From contig JBNZDD010013686.1 in assembly GCA_050575255.1 (NCBI GenBank), forward strand, positions 4,088,801 to 4,152,800: 64,000 nucleotides of DNA, read 5' to 3'. Made by a program: the position numbers and the translations under genes. The stretch comes from Harriotta raleighana (lineage: Eukaryota). Below, piece after piece: positions 61,614 to 64,000 of the stretch (position 1 is its first letter; each line of letters starts with the position of its first letter). Under the pieces are notes generated by a model, which saw only the letters and a list, made by a program, of their open reading frames with translations, was not told the DNA's origin and did not search any database.

Positions 61614-63209
61614 ATAATTGAGAGGAAAATAAGTTTTATTACGTGAAAAATTTCCTTGGGCAGCAAAGAGTTCTAAAGTGCCTTCTGTTACAATTCAAAG
61701 AATGAATGAGCATTCTTGGTGGATGTTGTTTTTATTATTACTTGACAGAATAGATTGCACCCAGGGCTTGAGGAACATTCGTTTCATGGGAAGAAAAAGG
61801 TTCTGCACTAATTTAAATCCTGAAGCTGGAAAGCAGACAGGCTGAAGCATGGGTTCGCTCAGCTTTCTGTCTAAATTGTTATTCTTATCATCAGTCACAT
61901 ATGGGTTTTACATTCTGTGTGATGGAAAGATATTTTATTATCGACACGCTGATGTGCTACTATATTGTAAACAGTTGGCAGTCATCGCATTTCACTTAAT
62001 ACATCCAAGTAATTTGTTTAATTTTAAAGAGAATAGTAAAGGTGGTATTTAAAACAAATTAAAATCTATATCAAATAAAGTTTCTGAATATAGAGATGAA
62101 AACACCAGCTGGGATCTAACATATTCAGACAGACAACAAAGAGAAACAAAAATGAAAATAACATTTTTAAAAAGAAAACCGCATCATTACTTTTGGCGCT
62201 TGTAAGATTTAAGGTTTTGCCTTGATTTGACCCTTCAGATATGTGAAAAATTGTATGCAATAATTTACCCATAGCAGAAATCAAAATTGGATTATATTTC
62301 AGACAAATGGGGAGGAAATAGTTGTTTTGCAATTTGAACAAAATAGTGATCACCTTGATTCAATGCAGGCTTCGTGTACAAAAGAAGGAATTGGCTTTTA
62401 AATTACTGGTACACAGCCTGTGGTCAATAGTTTTAGCTGCTGGCAAAATGGATCAAGTGTTCAAAACACATAATGGTCGGAGGGGTGGGGGGGTAGATGT
62501 GGGTGCGAGAGAAGAGAAGAGAGGAAAATGCTTAGATGACACTCGGTTAACAGTATCAATAGGTCACAGATATGAAACTTGTGATCACTCTTACAGTTGA
62601 AAGATCAATTGAGAGTTGCTTGCTTTTCTGCATTGTTAAACATTAGCCCACAGACGAGCAAAGAACATGTACAAGCACATGTACAAGCACAAAATTAGTA
62701 AAGGACCATCATTCATGAAACAAGATTTGAAGTGTGGTAATTGTATTTCTTTCCCCTCCCTACGGAGAGATTCCTGAACGACTGTATATTGTTCATATAC
62801 TTTTCCACATACTGGTTGCAGTTTTGATGATTCTTGACTGGAACTCAGTAAAGGCTGATGTTAAGGTTGAGGTTAGTTATGACCTAGGCCGCTAGAAAAG
62901 TGTGGAAATATTTGACCAGAATTGCAGGGAAATTTCTGCACTTTTTGCAGACAATTGAGGGGAGTTGATTGTTCCTATCGAGGTATATGTTACTGCCAAC
63001 CTACTTTTTTTTCACTTTATTGACCAAAATGAGGATATAACACAGATTGTTGCAAAATATTTCCGTCTTCAACAAAAATTGGGTGGCCCATTTGGGAGAT
63101 GGGGCGGGGTGGGGTGGGGAGACACCAGGACAGGACTGAAAGAGCCTGGAGATCTGTCATAAATCAGACACTCAGGACCTCTTACCTCCCAGGACCTTGC
63201 TCCACACCA

Positions 63210-63379
63210 AGACACAGAGACAGAGACCCAGAGAGAGAGAGAGAGAGACACACACACACAAAGACCCAGAGAGTGACACACACACAAAGACCCAGAGAGA
63301 GACACACACGCACTCACAGACCCAGAGAGACACACATTTTCAAAGAGAGACACACGCACACTCAGGCACAGATACATAC
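63210..63379. repeat. Compound (GA)n/(CA)n repeat with gacccagag subunits; further CA/GA repeat at 63567-63667
   Basis: Seen directly. Confidence 0.9.
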
Positions 63380-63541
63380 TAATAATGATAATTGCATTTG
63401 ATGTAGCGACTTATCACGTCTTCAAGATGTCTCATAGCACTTCACTGTAAAGTTCCACATAAAGTAAAGTGAATTGACCATATATTTTGTGGGCAAAACG
63501 CAGCAACCAATTGTGCACAGCAGCGTCCCAGTCGTGGATTT
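63380..63541 (-). mobile_element. SINE 3' part between CA/GA microsatellites
   Basis: Tail and core. Confidence 0.8.
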
Positions 63542-64000
63542 AAAGAATTATTAACCCTGGAAAAACAATCACAGACAGACAGACACACACACATAGACAG
63601 ATGGAAGAGAGAGAGAGATACACAAACACATTCACACAGGGACACTGATGAATACAAAACACACACAGGGCCAGGGCTGGAACTACATTTGTTAGTGGAT
63701 GTATAGCAGAGTGTGCTGTTTTGTGTGGGTTCTGCACTAAGATTGGTGCCCTCACTTTTCTATTGGCCCAGATTATGACCCTGACAGTACAATAATGATG
63801 CATCTTACAATTATAACAACTGCCAAGATACTCAGGCTTTAATCGCTACCTTTCATTACATGCAGACTAATTGAAATCAGGCCTATTCATCATTCTGAAA
63901 GTTATTTAAACGACAGAACCCATAGATAGGCGCAACCCCTAGGTAGGTCTTTGCATTAACTCAAGGTGTCTTGTTCTTATACTGTGCCAAATGGTCCCAA

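Noticed and set aside
62666-62691. 12-bp tandem duplication acatgtacaagc x2, and short 9-10 bp hairpins (e.g. 18455-18479, 54973-55004)
   Set aside because: Expected from ordinary slippage or chance.

Overview
AT-rich, CpG-poor vertebrate genomic DNA. The SINE/LINE repertoire and compact introns suggest a cartilaginous fish, probably the elephant shark Callorhinchus milii (inference). The only recognisable protein-coding gene is a complete 9-exon iduronate 2-sulfatase (IDS) on the minus strand: ATG at 46332, stop at 38756, about 540 aa, GT-AG at all eight introns, and exon 2-8 sizes matching human IDS as I recall them. Its last exon and 3' flank appear twice as an apparently identical 1014-bp direct repeat split by a single N at 38365, most likely an unmerged contig overlap. 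Positions 1-37,000 are a gene desert with old repeat remnants and possible conserved non-coding elements. The window holds many copies of a tRNA-headed Deu-domain SINE with an L2-type tail, older DeuSINEs, L2 and CR1 3' fragments, two Tigger-like MITEs, one hAT MITE and microsatellites. I found no convincing new multi-gene system. The best leads are: (1) a SINE with a twin-priming-type 5' inversion and 8-bp TSD in IDS intron 1; (2) a nested fold-back/MITE complex at 53.5-56.6 kb with independent internal tandem duplications; (3) several inverted SINE pairs and long hairpins; (4) a CArG+CRE motif pair upstream of IDS; (5) divergence biased to synonymous positions in non-genic ORFs, which suggests the sequence may have been partly recoded in silico.
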